Positions 29,166-38,454 of a stretch of DNA of 38,454 nucleotides are shown here, piece after piece. The notes under the pieces were generated by a model. It ran no database searches. It was not told the DNA's origin and worked only from the letters and a program-made list of their open reading frames with translations. Position numbers and translations under genes: made by a program. The stretch is taken from NCBI GenBank assembly GCA_029098205.1, contig JAQXNW010000165.1:1-38454 (forward strand), given 5' to 3'. This stretch comes from Eubacteriales bacterium (lineage in GTDB: Bacteria > Bacillota > Clostridia > Peptostreptococcales > Anaerovoracaceae). Numbering within the stretch: the first letter of the stretch is position 1; each line of letters begins with the position of its first letter.

Positions 29166-29896
29166 AGGCAAAGAAAAAATTCCGTGCTTTTTCCATTGCG
29201 AATTACGAAGCCGAAGAACAGTGGCTTCGGGAAATGCACAAAGAAGGCTGGAAATTCAAAAGCGTCCGTATACCTGGAATCTACACATTTGAGGAATGCG
29301 TGCCGGAGGATGTCGTATACAGACTCGAATTCGACGACCGTAATGCTGCGCATCAGAACGATTTCCAGGAGCTCTGCAGAGATTACGGATGGAACTATCT
29401 CTATTCCTTCAACGGCTACAGCTATTACTGCAAAAAAGGAGACGATGCAGAGGCGGAAAATGAACTTTTCACCGATAATGCGTCCCGGCTTCAGATGGCG
29501 GAGACTGTTTTCCGCCGGCGGTACATTCCTTTTCTTCTGGTTTTCCTGCTGCTCGTCATTCCGAATGTGTATAAAGGAATCACCGGAATTCAGGACAGCA
29601 TAATCCTTAATATTATCTGGTATGTGATGGGAGCCATCTATGTCATCATGACCTTCCGCATAGGAACGGAATTCATCCGGATGAACAGAAAATACGGAAG
29701 CAGGAAAGGGATAATAAGAGGCCACCTCCGGATCATTTCCGGCTTTCTTCTGATCGCAATCGGCGGCATCACACCGTATATTGATCGGAATCCGGTGCAT
29801 CCGGCCGATCAGTTCCTCTGGTCAGCGCTTCCCTGGATTTCTCTGGGGCTTGGCATCGCGCTTCTCTTCGCCGGAAACGCGAAAAAATCAAAATAA
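29162..29896 (+). CDS. DUF2812-like membrane protein
   Basis: EEQWLREMHKEGW, Y.FE.C.PE..VYRLEF, DYGW.Y, ELFTD and C-terminal TMs; ATGA overlap with padR. Confidence 0.8.
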   Translation: MKAKKKFRAFSIANYEAEEQWLREMHKEGWKFKSVRIPGIYTFEECVPEDVVYRLEFDDRNAAHQNDFQELCRDYGWNYLYSFNGYSYYCKKGDDAEAENELFTDNASRLQMAETVFRRRYIPFLLVFLLLVIPNVYKGITGIQDSIILNIIWYVMGAIYVIMTFRIGTEFIRMNRKYGSRKGIIRGHLRIISGFLLIAIGGITPYIDRNPVHPADQFLWSALPWISLGLGIALLFAGNAKKSK

Positions 29897-30065
29897 AATA
29901 TTTTTGTTGTTTGAACAACATCCTTTTTCCATAAAAACGCCTATTATCAGATTGCAAAGCGCGGACGGAGCGAATGCAGGGAAGACAGTCCGGATCAATC
30001 GGACAGCTCCTTTGTCAGCGCTGGAAAGCTCAGTTTTGAAAAACATATAACAAAGGAGACGCAAG

Positions 30066-31712
30066 ATGGAGAATAAGATGTTTTGTTTTCAGTGTCAGGA
30101 AACAGCCGGATGCAAGGGATGCACAATTTCCGGTGTCTGCGGAAAGAAACCGGAAGTAGCCGCGATGCAGGACCTTCTGATTTATGTAACGAAGGGGCTG
30201 TCCGCCGTAACCACAAGACTTCGTGAAGAAGGAAAGACCATTGATAAGGATGTAAATCATCTGGTTACTGTAAACCTCTTCACCACAATCACAAACGCGA
30301 ATTTTGACCGCGATGCGATTATCAAATCAATCGAAAAGACGCTTTCCGTTAAAGCGGATCTTCTTGGAAAAGTCACAGACCGCGCGAATCTTCCGGAAGC
30401 GGCACGCTGGAACGGACCGAAAGAAGAATTTGATACGAAGGCAGCAGTTGTCGGTGTTCTCGCGACAAAAGACGAGGACATCCGTTCTCTCCGCGAGCTG
30501 ATCACCTACGGACTTAAGGGCCTGGCCGCGTACACCAAACACGCGAATGCGCTTCTTCAGGATAACGAAGACGTAGACGCGTTCATTCAGAAGGCGCTCG
30601 CGAAGACGCTGGACGATTCCCTTACGGTCGATGATCTGGTAGCGCTTACCCTCGAAACCGGAAAATACGGCGTCGACGGCATGGCTCTTCTCGACAAGGC
30701 GAATACAGAAGCATACGGAAATCCGGAAGTGACAAAGGTAGACATCGGTGTCCGCAAAAATCCGGGAATCCTGATCTCCGGCCATGACCTCCGCGATCTT
30801 GAGATGCTGCTGGAGCAGACACAGGGAACCGGCGTGGATGTTTACACCCATTCCGAAATGCTCCCGGCTCACTATTATCCGGCATTCAAGAAATATCCAA
30901 ACTTCGCCGGAAACTATGGAAACGCCTGGTGGAAACAGAAGGAAGAGTTCGAGAAATTCAACGGACCGATTCTGATGACAACGAACTGCGTAGTTCCTCC
31001 GGCAGACAGCTACAAGGACCGTCTCTGGACAACCGGCGCGGCAGGTTTCCCGGGCTGCGGACACATCGACGGCGCGTATGGCGAAACGAAGGACTTTTCC
31101 GCAATCATCGAGCAGGCGAAAGCATGTCAGCCGCCGACAGAAATTGAAACCGGAACAATCACCGGCGGATTTGCGCATGAGCAGGTATTCGCGCTTGCCG
31201 ATGCCGTTGTTGACGCCGTAAAGAGCGGCGCGATCCGTAAGTTCGTCGTTATGGCAGGCTGCGACGGCAGACAGAAATCCCGTGAATACTATAAGGAGTT
31301 CGCGGAGCGTCTTCCGAAGGATGTCGTAATCCTGACCGCTGGATGCGCGAAATATAAGTATAACAAACTGAATCTCGGCGACATCAACGGAATTCCGCGC
31401 GTTTTGGATGCCGGCCAGTGCAACGACTCCTACTCTCTCGCGCTGATCGCTCTCAAGTTGAAGGAAATCTTCGGTCTGGACGACATCAACGATCTTCCGA
31501 TCGCGTTCAACATCGCATGGTATGAGCAGAAAGCGGTCATCGTACTTCTGGCGCTCCTCTACCTCGGCGTTAAGAACATCCATCTCGGACCGACTCTTCC
31601 GGCATTCCTTTCTCCGAATGTGACAAAGGTTCTTGTAGACAACTTCGGAATTTCCGGAATCGGAACCGTAGACGACGACCTGAAGCTGTTCTTCGGTGAC
31701 GATGCGGAATAA
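30066..31712 (+). CDS. hcp: Hybrid cluster protein (hydroxylamine reductase)
   Basis: [44 protein letters not shown] and WYEQKA. Confidence 0.97.
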   Translation: MENKMFCFQCQETAGCKGCTISGVCGKKPEVAAMQDLLIYVTKGLSAVTTRLREEGKTIDKDVNHLVTVNLFTTITNANFDRDAIIKSIEKTLSVKADLLGKVTDRANLPEAARWNGPKEEFDTKAAVVGVLATKDEDIRSLRELITYGLKGLAAYTKHANALLQDNEDVDAFIQKALAKTLDDSLTVDDLVALTLETGKYGVDGMALLDKANTEAYGNPEVTKVDIGVRKNPGILISGHDLRDLEMLLEQTQGTGVDVYTHSEMLPAHYYPAFKKYPNFAGNYGNAWWKQKEEFEKFNGPILMTTNCVVPPADSYKDRLWTTGAAGFPGCGHIDGAYGETKDFSAIIEQAKACQPPTEIETGTITGGFAHEQVFALADAVVDAVKSGAIRKFVVMAGCDGRQKSREYYKEFAERLPKDVVILTAGCAKYKYNKLNLGDINGIPRVLDAGQCNDSYSLALIALKLKEIFGLDDINDLPIAFNIAWYEQKAVIVLLALLYLGVKNIHLGPTLPAFLSPNVTKVLVDNFGISGIGTVDDDLKLFFGDDAE

Positions 31713-31832
31713 AAGCGCACGGAACAAGGGACGCGCAGAGTAAGCCAAAGCAGGAAAAGACATCGCAGAGCAGGCGGCTCAAAATAAAAAAACAAAATGC
31801 CCCGCGCTGAAACAGGATGAAAGAAGAAACTT

Positions 31833-32423
31833 ATGACTGTTGAAGAAATTACAGAAAAACTGAAAGCAGACAGAAGAAATCAATCCTATACAGAGCGGGG
31901 CGTCTTCCCCGTATTTCAAATCAGCCCGGAAGCGAAAATTCAAATCATCGGTCAGGCTCCGGGCCGCAAAGTGGAAGAGTCCGGGATTCCTTTCAGCGAC
32001 AAGTCGGGCGAAAAGCTGATCCACTGGCTGGGCATAAGTCCGGACACGTTCTATTCACCGGAGATCGCCATTGTTCCTATGGATTTTTATTATCCGGGAA
32101 AAAGAAAATCCGGAGATCTTCCGCCCAGAAAATTCATCGCAGAAGAGTATCATCCGGAAATACTGAAGATGATGCCGAACATCCAATGCACAATCCTGAT
32201 CGGAAAATACGCGGCAGACTGGTATCTAAAAGGGAGAACCAAGAAGAATCTAACGGAAACCGTCGCCTCATACAAAGAATATCTGCCGGAATATTTTCCG
32301 ATTGTTCACCCGAGTCCTCTGAATTTCCGGTGGCAGGCGAAAAATCCATGGTTTGAAGAGCAGGTGGTCCCGGAATTGCAGAAAGTTGTTCACGCGATTC
32401 TTCAGACGGCCGATCCCGCCTGA
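31833..32423 (+). CDS. Uracil-DNA glycosylase family protein
   Basis: IIGQAPG, PF.DKSG, MDFYYPG..KSGDLPPR and HPSPLN. Confidence 0.88.
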   Translation: MTVEEITEKLKADRRNQSYTERGVFPVFQISPEAKIQIIGQAPGRKVEESGIPFSDKSGEKLIHWLGISPDTFYSPEIAIVPMDFYYPGKRKSGDLPPRKFIAEEYHPEILKMMPNIQCTILIGKYAADWYLKGRTKKNLTETVASYKEYLPEYFPIVHPSPLNFRWQAKNPWFEEQVVPELQKVVHAILQTADPA

Positions 32424-32505
32424 AGGGCAATGGCTCCCGTACCTCAGGTCACGGTAACCATTGATAATCATTTATCCGATGCTTGGTTTCCATGCATTAT
32501 AACGC

Positions 32506-32546
32506 AAAGAACGGTTCGGAACCGATGTGTTCCGGACCGTTCTTTT
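32506..32546. terminator. Bidirectional terminator between convergent genes
   Basis: AAAGAACGGTTCGGAAC...GTTCCGGACCGTTCTTTT. Confidence 0.7.
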
Positions 32547-32632
32547 ATTTTATTTATTGTTCAGAAATTCTCCGCAGTTTCTTATCCAGCAACTGCTATT
32601 ACGCGTTATATACGGCGTTTTATGCAGGCAGC

Positions 32633-33733
32633 TTAGCTGCGGACCCGGCTCTCCTGGATGCGATCATAGATGACACGGACAACCATGACGGCCGTTACAC
32701 CGACGCCGACCCATCCGGAGATGACCCATACATAGTTCATAATCAGGTCATAAGGAACGGTCATCGCGACCAGGAATCCGACAATGGTCCCGATTACAAC
32801 TAGAAGCTTATACTTTTTCGTTCCGTCTTTCGCGAAGGGGGTAATGGAAGACCAGAGCAACGGGCAGGTTGTGGTGTACAGAGCCGCAAAGATCATAAGA
32901 GCATACACAGCTCCGAAGCCTTTGAACAGCTTGCTGGCAACATAGAGGAACGGCACATCCAGATTCGCAACCGCTGCCATATTCGCGATCATCGCGAATC
33001 CCATAACCACTTCGGAAGCGCCGACCAGGAAGTTTCCGATCGTCTGGCCGATCATCAGATCCTTCATGGTATTTTCCTGCTTCAGTTCCACCGCGAAGTT
33101 CGGATACCAGAGAATGGTGCTGGTCGCCAGAATGATGCCCGCAATGAGCCAGCTGTTGGATGCCTTCATGTGCTCGATTTTACCTTCCGCAACCAGCTTT
33201 GCTCCCTCCTGAAGACCGCCGTTTCCGATGCCCTGAATGACGGCAATCAAGGAAATTCCAAGCGCGATCAGGATCAGCACAGGTCCGATTTTGCTTATGA
33301 TATTGACAATATTCTTAAGGCCGAGCAGACTGGTCACGCAGCAGAGCGCGGCGATGATCGCCGCCCCGACCCACTGCGGAGCGTTATACTGCTCATGCAG
33401 CGCAGACGCGGCGCCGGAATACATGACGATGACGCACATGTACAGATAAAATATATAGAAATAGTTGATGATCGTTCCCAGAACATTTCCGAGGTAATAC
33501 TTCAGAACCTGCTCTCCATTTGTGAGGTTATGCTTCTCGGATGCGGAAGCGAAGCAGTAGATGCCCACCGCCATTGTGACCGTAAATGCAAGACCGGTAA
33601 AAACAGACCACCATCCGAAAACCGAAAAATACTGCATGACCTCCTGCCCGGTCGCGAACCCTGTGCCGATGTTAAATGCGAGAACCGCGCCCATGACGGT
33701 AAACACGGATTTCCAGTTAACTTTTGTTTTCAT
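32633..33733 (-). CDS. YkvI-like membrane protein (putative amino-acid transporter)
   Basis: IGTGFATGQEVMQYF N-terminal motif, about 10 TMs, and AALYTT. Confidence 0.8.
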   Translation of the reverse strand: MKTKVNWKSVFTVMGAVLAFNIGTGFATGQEVMQYFSVFGWWSVFTGLAFTVTMAVGIYCFASASEKHNLTNGEQVLKYYLGNVLGTIINYFYIFYLYMCVIVMYSGAASALHEQYNAPQWVGAAIIAALCCVTSLLGLKNIVNIISKIGPVLILIALGISLIAVIQGIGNGGLQEGAKLVAEGKIEHMKASNSWLIAGIILATSTILWYPNFAVELKQENTMKDLMIGQTIGNFLVGASEVVMGFAMIANMAAVANLDVPFLYVASKLFKGFGAVYALMIFAALYTTTCPLLWSSITPFAKDGTKKYKLLVVIGTIVGFLVAMTVPYDLIMNYVWVISGWVGVGVTAVMVVRVIYDRIQESRVRS

Positions 33734-33793
33734 GGCTCATTCTCCTTCATTCATAATAAGCTATGTATTCCCAAGACGGATTCCGGACAGAGG

Positions 33794-34978
33794 TTACTTG
33801 TCCATCGCGGAAAGCGCCTGTTTGAGATCCTCGATTAAATCCCGGCTGTCCTCAGCGCCGACGGAAATACGGACCAGACCTTCGGCAAGTCCCATGCCGT
33901 CCAGCTCCTCTCCGGAGAAATTATTCCGGAAAGCAGTCCTTGGATGCGTGAACGTTGTTCGGATGCCGCCCAGAGTTCCCAGATAGCGGATCAGCTTCAG
34001 ACTCTTCATAAATGCCGAAACCTTCTCATGATCGTCCTCCAGCCGGAAGCTCAGCATCGCGCCGTATCCATATTCCGTATCGAAAACCCGGGATGCCAGC
34101 TCATGCTGGGGATGATCCGGAAGGCTCGGATGATAAACCTCTCTTACATGCGGATCCTCGGACAGAGCCTCCGCGATTTTCACCGCGTTCCGATTCTGCG
34201 CTCTCACCCGCATGCTCATCGTCTTGACAGAGCGGAGGAACATCCAGGAGCTTACGGGATCCAGGCAGCAGCCCAGAAGAAGGTATTCCGGATTGATCCT
34301 GTCGATCAGCTCTTCGGAGGCAGTGACGCAGCCGCCGGTAAGATCGCTGTGTCCTCCGAAATACTTGGTCATACTGTGAAGAACAATATCCGCGCCGTGT
34401 TCCAGCGGTCTGTACACGAACGGAGTTGTGAAAGTACTGTCTACGACCGTCAGAATGCCCTGCGTATGCGCGATTGTTGTCACTTCATCAAGATCTGTAA
34501 CCAGAGTCAGAGGATTCGCGATGACCTCCGTATAGAACATTTTCGTGTTTTCTTTCACCGCATTTCTGACCGCTTCAAGATCCGTAAAATCGACAAAGCT
34601 CACTTCAATCCCGTATCCGGGCAGAATCCACTTCGCAAGCTCCACTGTCTCTCCGTAAACAGCCTGGTTCATCACGACATGATCCCCGTTTTTAAGAAGA
34701 GAGAGAAGAACGGTTGAAATCGCGGCCATACCGGACGAGCAGATCAGAGTCTTCCCGCCTTTTTCCAGGAAAGACACCGCCGCTCCGAGCTCGTCTCTGT
34801 TTGGATTCGCAGAGCGGTTGTAATAATACCGGCCGCCTTTGTCCGCGAAAAGATAATCTTCCATATCATCGAGAATGTATGCGCTGGACGGATAAATCGC
34901 CGGCGTCTCCGGATTCCTGACTATGCCCTGCAGAGTCGTTCCCTGATAGAGCACCTCCGTATCAAGATTATAACTCAT
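33794..34978 (-). CDS. Cys/Met metabolism PLP-dependent enzyme (cystathionine/methionine gamma-lyase family)
   Basis: YNRSANP, SSGMAAI, EVIANP, VDSTFTTP, HSMTKYFGGHSD, TLGG and LVRISVGAED. Start ATG 34978 is 6 nt after AAGGAG. Confidence 0.9.
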   Translation of the reverse strand: MSYNLDTEVLYQGTTLQGIVRNPETPAIYPSSAYILDDMEDYLFADKGGRYYYNRSANPNRDELGAAVSFLEKGGKTLICSSGMAAISTVLLSLLKNGDHVVMNQAVYGETVELAKWILPGYGIEVSFVDFTDLEAVRNAVKENTKMFYTEVIANPLTLVTDLDEVTTIAHTQGILTVVDSTFTTPFVYRPLEHGADIVLHSMTKYFGGHSDLTGGCVTASEELIDRINPEYLLLGCCLDPVSSWMFLRSVKTMSMRVRAQNRNAVKIAEALSEDPHVREVYHPSLPDHPQHELASRVFDTEYGYGAMLSFRLEDDHEKVSAFMKSLKLIRYLGTLGGIRTTFTHPRTAFRNNFSGEELDGMGLAEGLVRISVGAEDSRDLIEDLKQALSAMDK

Positions 34979-35018
34979 TTGCATCTCCTTTACTTCAACG
35001 ATGTTCTTAACTAAGTAC

Positions 35019-35049
35019 ACTTTAGGCAATGAACCAAGGATAAAGTCAA
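35019..35049 (-). promoter_or_regulatory. MerR-type promoter with 19-bp spacer and dyad
   Basis: TTGACT-19 nt-TAAAGT, with an ACTTTA...TAAAGT inverted repeat spanning the spacer. Confidence 0.65.
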
Positions 35050-35257
35050 GGAAACCAAGCTTGTTATTTTTCACAAAATTATCGACGCAAAATCATTAAT
35101 TTTCACAAACCAAAAGACAGATATGCATAAAATCCGCCTATGAATCTGCGCCTGCAGCCTTCAGCACCCTGTTTTTTCGCTATTTTTTTCAGAAGTTCTG
35201 CACACTCAGGAAACGCTGAACCCTATACCCGGAACAAGGTTTTGTTTCCCCGTAAAA

Positions 35258-35310
35258 GCACAATCCGCATTCCAGAGCACAGATCCGCACTTTTTAAACA
35301 CAATCCGCAC
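35258..35310. repeat. Three short imperfect direct repeats (CACAATCCGCA), about 20-bp period
   Basis: gcacaatccgcat, gcacagatccgcac and acacaatccgcac just after the merR stop. Confidence 0.6.
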
Positions 35311-35312
35311 TT

Positions 35313-36110
35313 CTAAAGCATGATCTGTACTTCGTACATGGCATTCGACCAGTCCACCATATTATCTTCAAACTCAAGCGCCAGGACTGTGCCCCGGTAT
35401 TTGAGACCGGTGCAGTAGGCTTTGAGATGATCCACATCCCAGCTTTCCTTTAGAATCGGCGTTCGGAAACAAACAAAATCCGCCTCCGGGATGACCTGAA
35501 TATCCGGACAGAGATAGTCCGGGCGGGATTTTGTTAAAATAAAGTAGCTGCTTGGGCGGAACTTCTGCTGAAATAAGTCTTCCATATGAATCCGGTACCC
35601 ATACTGCCGCCGGTAATGGAGCTCAGAATATGGAGGCTGGGCTTTCTTTTCCGCCAGGCGGATTTCCATATCACTGAGCGGCTCATTTGGATCGCAGGAA
35701 ACCTCCAGAATATATCGCTCCGAAAGATGGATTCGGTAGAAATCAGAGATATCATTGCCCAGTCCGGTGTATGTAAAGTAATTGATGTACCAGTCGATAT
35801 CCTTAATCTGTTCGACAATCCTGGTGATCTGCTCCAGAAGCTCCTCTCTCTTGGAAGTAAGCCGGGGGAGCAGGCTTTCGACGGTTCCGTTCTTGATGAT
35901 TTCGCGGATTTCCTCCAGCGGAAGTCCCAGACCCTGAAGATACTTGATCCGGTCGATTTTATGAAACTGCTTATATGAATAGAAACGATATCCTGTTTTT
36001 TCATTGATGAAATCGGGCCGGAGAATATTCTCCCGGTCATAATACCGAAGGGTCTGGGGGGATACGCCCAGCAGCTTCGCGGTCTCGCCGATGGTATAGT
36101 AATCCTTCAT
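35313..36110 (-). CDS. MerR-family transcriptional regulator with C-terminal effector (GyrI-like) domain
   Basis: YYTIGETAKLLGVSPQTLRYYD, TGYRFY and LGLPLEEI. Start ATG 36110 overlaps the tetR stop (ATGA). Confidence 0.9.
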   Translation of the reverse strand: MKDYYTIGETAKLLGVSPQTLRYYDRENILRPDFINEKTGYRFYSYKQFHKIDRIKYLQGLGLPLEEIREIIKNGTVESLLPRLTSKREELLEQITRIVEQIKDIDWYINYFTYTGLGNDISDFYRIHLSERYILEVSCDPNEPLSDMEIRLAEKKAQPPYSELHYRRQYGYRIHMEDLFQQKFRPSSYFILTKSRPDYLCPDIQVIPEADFVCFRTPILKESWDVDHLKAYCTGLKYRGTVLALEFEDNMVDWSNAMYEVQIML

Positions 36111-36550
36111 TGCTGATACTGCTTTTCCACAATTCCGTAAATGATGTCTCCGAACTCCCGGGGCTTTTCCGGACATCCGGAAGAAAGCCATTCCTTAATA
36201 ACGCCGATCACTTTTTTGATGTACCGGCTTTCCATCCTGGATTCAAAGAATTCCCGATAAAAGGCCTGATTTTCATAGATGATCTCCAGCAGCTTATGCC
36301 GGTCGTTTTCAATATTCCCATCCGAAAAGGCGCTGGATGTGAGTTCTTCTTCCAACTGCTCGTACAGATCATAAATATCCATATAATTGCGATAGAAAGT
36401 CGCGCGGTTGATATCCGCCTTTTCACAGATTTCCTTAACCGTAATTTTATCGGGATGCTTTTCATTCAGCAGATCAAACAGCGCCTCACGAATCACTTTT
36501 CTGGTGTACAAGGTGCGTCTGTCGGTCTTTTTTTCCTTATTCTGCAACAT
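36107..36550 (-). CDS. TetR/AcrR-family regulator, short (possible internal deletion)
   Basis: DRRTLYTR, ITVKEICEKADINRATFYRNY HTH and GVIKEWL; only 147 aa; AAGGAGG RBS. Confidence 0.8.
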   Translation of the reverse strand: MLQNKEKKTDRRTLYTRKVIREALFDLLNEKHPDKITVKEICEKADINRATFYRNYMDIYDLYEQLEEELTSSAFSDGNIENDRHKLLEIIYENQAFYREFFESRMESRYIKKVIGVIKEWLSSGCPEKPREFGDIIYGIVEKQYQQ

Positions 36551-36609
36551 TTCCTCCTTCTATGACCTATGACGCATATTTTCATTTCAAAATAGATCGA
36601 TACTTGTAT

Positions 36610-37287
36610 CTTTTCTTTGCCGCTGCGTACCTGACAAAGCCAGACAGCTGGGACGGCGCGATGAAGAATATCGATTATGTTCCTCACGTCGCATCTCCCC
36701 TTGGCGGAAATAATCACGAAGATCCTTCCCTGATTCCGGCGGCGGAAAGCAGTGTTAAAATGTGATCGGCGCCGATAGAACCGCCTGGGGGATGATCGAG
36801 AAACAGTCGGTTACGAAACTTACGACGATCCTTCTGGGAGCGATTTTAGGACCGAACATGGATGAAAAAAGAAGCAGCACCGATCAGATCCCCGAGATGC
36901 TTCTCAAAGGAACCCCGCGCCCGAATGTCATCTATCCGGTCGGAGATGTGCGAGATCTTGCCAAGTTTCATATTCTTGCGATGAAGTCCGATAAAGCGGA
37001 CGGTCAGCGTTTTATCGCTGAGCCGGAGGAAATGACAATGACAGAGGTGGCGCGTCTTCTGAAGGAAACCTATCCAGACAAAAAAGTCAGCACGATGGTA
37101 ATCCCGATTTTGTCATTTCCATTACGGCTAAATTACAGGTTCCGATGAAGGTGCAGAACACCATGATCGGACTCAGATATCACCGGGACGGTTCCAAGTC
37201 AGAAGACTTCTCGGGTAGAATCCCCGTCCAGCAGAGGAAACGATTCTTGATACGGCGGACTATCTGATCAGGAACGGCATTGTATAG
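36610..37287 (+). pseudogene. Degraded NAD-dependent epimerase/dehydratase (aldehyde/flavonol reductase-like)
   Basis: Fragments in different frames: LTKPDSWDGAMKNIDYVPHVASPLG; AW..IEKQ..LTTILLGAILGP; DVRDLAKFHILAM..DKADGQRFI; LLG*NPRPAEETILDTADYL. The Rossmann N-terminus and the middle are missing. Confidence 0.8.
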
Positions 37288-37304
37288 CGGAAAACATGAA
37301 TGCC

Positions 37305-37339
37305 GCAAGCCCCGGGGAGACTGCCTCCCGGGGCTATGC
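37305..37339. terminator. Hairpin between convergent genes
   Basis: AGCCCCGGG...CCCGGGGCT. Confidence 0.55.
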
Positions 37340-37361
37340 CATTTCCCGCTCAGAGCGGCAT

Positions 37362-38363
37362 TTACGCTCTTACCGCACGATAGAGCTCATCCGCTTCCGG
37401 AGGATCGATCGGCGAAAGCGCGCCATCTTTCCACGCCATAATTCCGAAATCCGCGTCCTTCACCTCTCCGATCTTCGTGATCGGAATCCCCGCGGCAGAA
37501 ACCTCCGCCTGAATTTTCCCGGCTTCTTCCGGATGCGCCGCGATCAGCATGCAGCCGCTGGAAATCAGGCGGAAAACATTGATGCCATAATGCGCCGCGA
37601 TTTTCTTTGTTACTTCCTTCACGGGAATCCGCGCTTCGTCGATCTCCGCGCCGAGACCGGAAATATGGCACATCTCCCAAACCGCGCCAAATACGCCCCC
37701 TTCAGTTACGTCGTGCATGCCGCTCGTCCCGATTTTTCCGGCGATGACGCCTTCTTTCACGACGCTGACCTGATCGAGAAGCGAATCCGCCTCCGAAAGT
37801 TCCTCTCCTGAAAGCTCTTTCAGTTCATCCCGAAGATCCGCCGCTATGATGCCGGTCCCTTCCAGTCCCGCGTATTTCGTAAGAAGGATCGCGTCTCCCG
37901 GCTTCATGTCCTTCGCGCTCTGCGACGCGCCCCGAAGCGCCCGGCCGAATGCTGTCGATACGATGACCGGCTGCCGGACAGCACGCGTTACCTCTGTATG
38001 ACCGCCGATAATTTCCACGCCGCACTGCTCGGCTGCCCGACCGGCCTGCTCCATAATCCTGGATATATCCTCTTCCGTCGTTCCCTCCGGAAGCATGCAC
38101 GCAAGCGTAATTCCAAGAGGCTGAATGCCATTGCTCGCGATGTCGTTGCAGCTGATATGAATCGACAGCCGGCCGATATCGTTCACATCGGCCGTAATCG
38201 GATCCGTCGAAACCGCGCATTCGTACTTTCCGAAATCAATCACCGCGCAGTCCTCGCCGATTCCCGCACGCGTCAGAACCTCCGAACGTTTATAGGTGAT
38301 TTTATCGATCACGATGCTCTTAAGAACGTCGCTGTCCAGTTTCCCGACCTTCAGCGGTTTCAT
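37362..38363 (-). CDS. AIR synthase family protein (HypE/PurM-like)
   Basis: GIGEDCA, STDPIT, NDIASNG, GGHTEVT, MHDVTEGG and LISSG. Start ATG 38363 after GGAGG. Confidence 0.88.
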   Translation of the reverse strand: MKPLKVGKLDSDVLKSIVIDKITYKRSEVLTRAGIGEDCAVIDFGKYECAVSTDPITADVNDIGRLSIHISCNDIASNGIQPLGITLACMLPEGTTEEDISRIMEQAGRAAEQCGVEIIGGHTEVTRAVRQPVIVSTAFGRALRGASQSAKDMKPGDAILLTKYAGLEGTGIIAADLRDELKELSGEELSEADSLLDQVSVVKEGVIAGKIGTSGMHDVTEGGVFGAVWEMCHISGLGAEIDEARIPVKEVTKKIAAHYGINVFRLISSGCMLIAAHPEEAGKIQAEVSAAGIPITKIGEVKDADFGIMAWKDGALSPIDPPEADELYRAVRA

Positions 38364-38454
38364 AATGATTCCTCCCGGATTTCCTTCGCAGCGAGCCATC
38401 CGCGAACCGTATCTTCATCGATGATCGGAATTCCAAGCTCTTTCGCTTTCTTGT
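38360..38454 (-). CDS. ligA: 3' end of a BRCT-domain protein, probably NAD-dependent DNA ligase (partial)
   Basis: Manual translation KKAKELGIPIIDEDTVRGWLAAKEIREESL* resembles the LigA BRCT end; ATGA overlap with the next gene. Confidence 0.65.
   Translation of the reverse strand, partial: KKAKELGIPIIDEDTVRGWLAAKEIREESL

Noticed and set aside
30327-31763. 478-aa minus-strand ORF
   Set aside because: Antisense shadow of hcp.
37362-38363. HypE-like gene as part of a Ni-hydrogenase or NPN system
   Set aside because: No hyp or hydrogenase genes nearby; it is coupled to ligA and about 25 kb from the lar genes, so no link can be supported.

Overview
Chromosomal window from a moderately GC-rich anaerobic Firmicute (Clostridia-like; taxonomy is inference). 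Almost all genes are on the minus strand. Bases 1-12.8 kb form a nickel-pincer-nucleotide (NPN/Lar) neighbourhood: PLP aminotransferase, D-2-hydroxyacid dehydrogenase, larB, a C-terminally short larC, a DUF1847-like Cys-rich gene and larE, then a Na+/solute symporter, two proteins I cannot assign, a stand-alone molybdopterin-binding/CinA-N-like protein, a LarA/DUF2088-family enzyme, a hypothetical gene and nadD. This is the best candidate for an undescribed pathway. Bases 13.1-15.4 kb are an AT-rich, integrase-less islet carrying an AAA-ATPase + RloB (AbiL/RloAB-like) pair, bounded by the tmRNA 3' end and a degenerate copy of it. Housekeeping genes follow (ssrA, smpB, lepB, RluA family, pncB, uvrA, uvrB with SOS boxes, recR, ybaB, dnaX, SRP RNA). 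The last 10 kb hold PadR-DUF2812, hcp, a UDG-family gene, a Cys/Met PLP-lyase + YkvI-like transporter operon with a MerR-type promoter, merR, a short tetR, an epimerase/reductase pseudogene, an AIR-synthase-family gene and the 3' end of ligA. All family assignments come from motif recognition by eye, not database searches.
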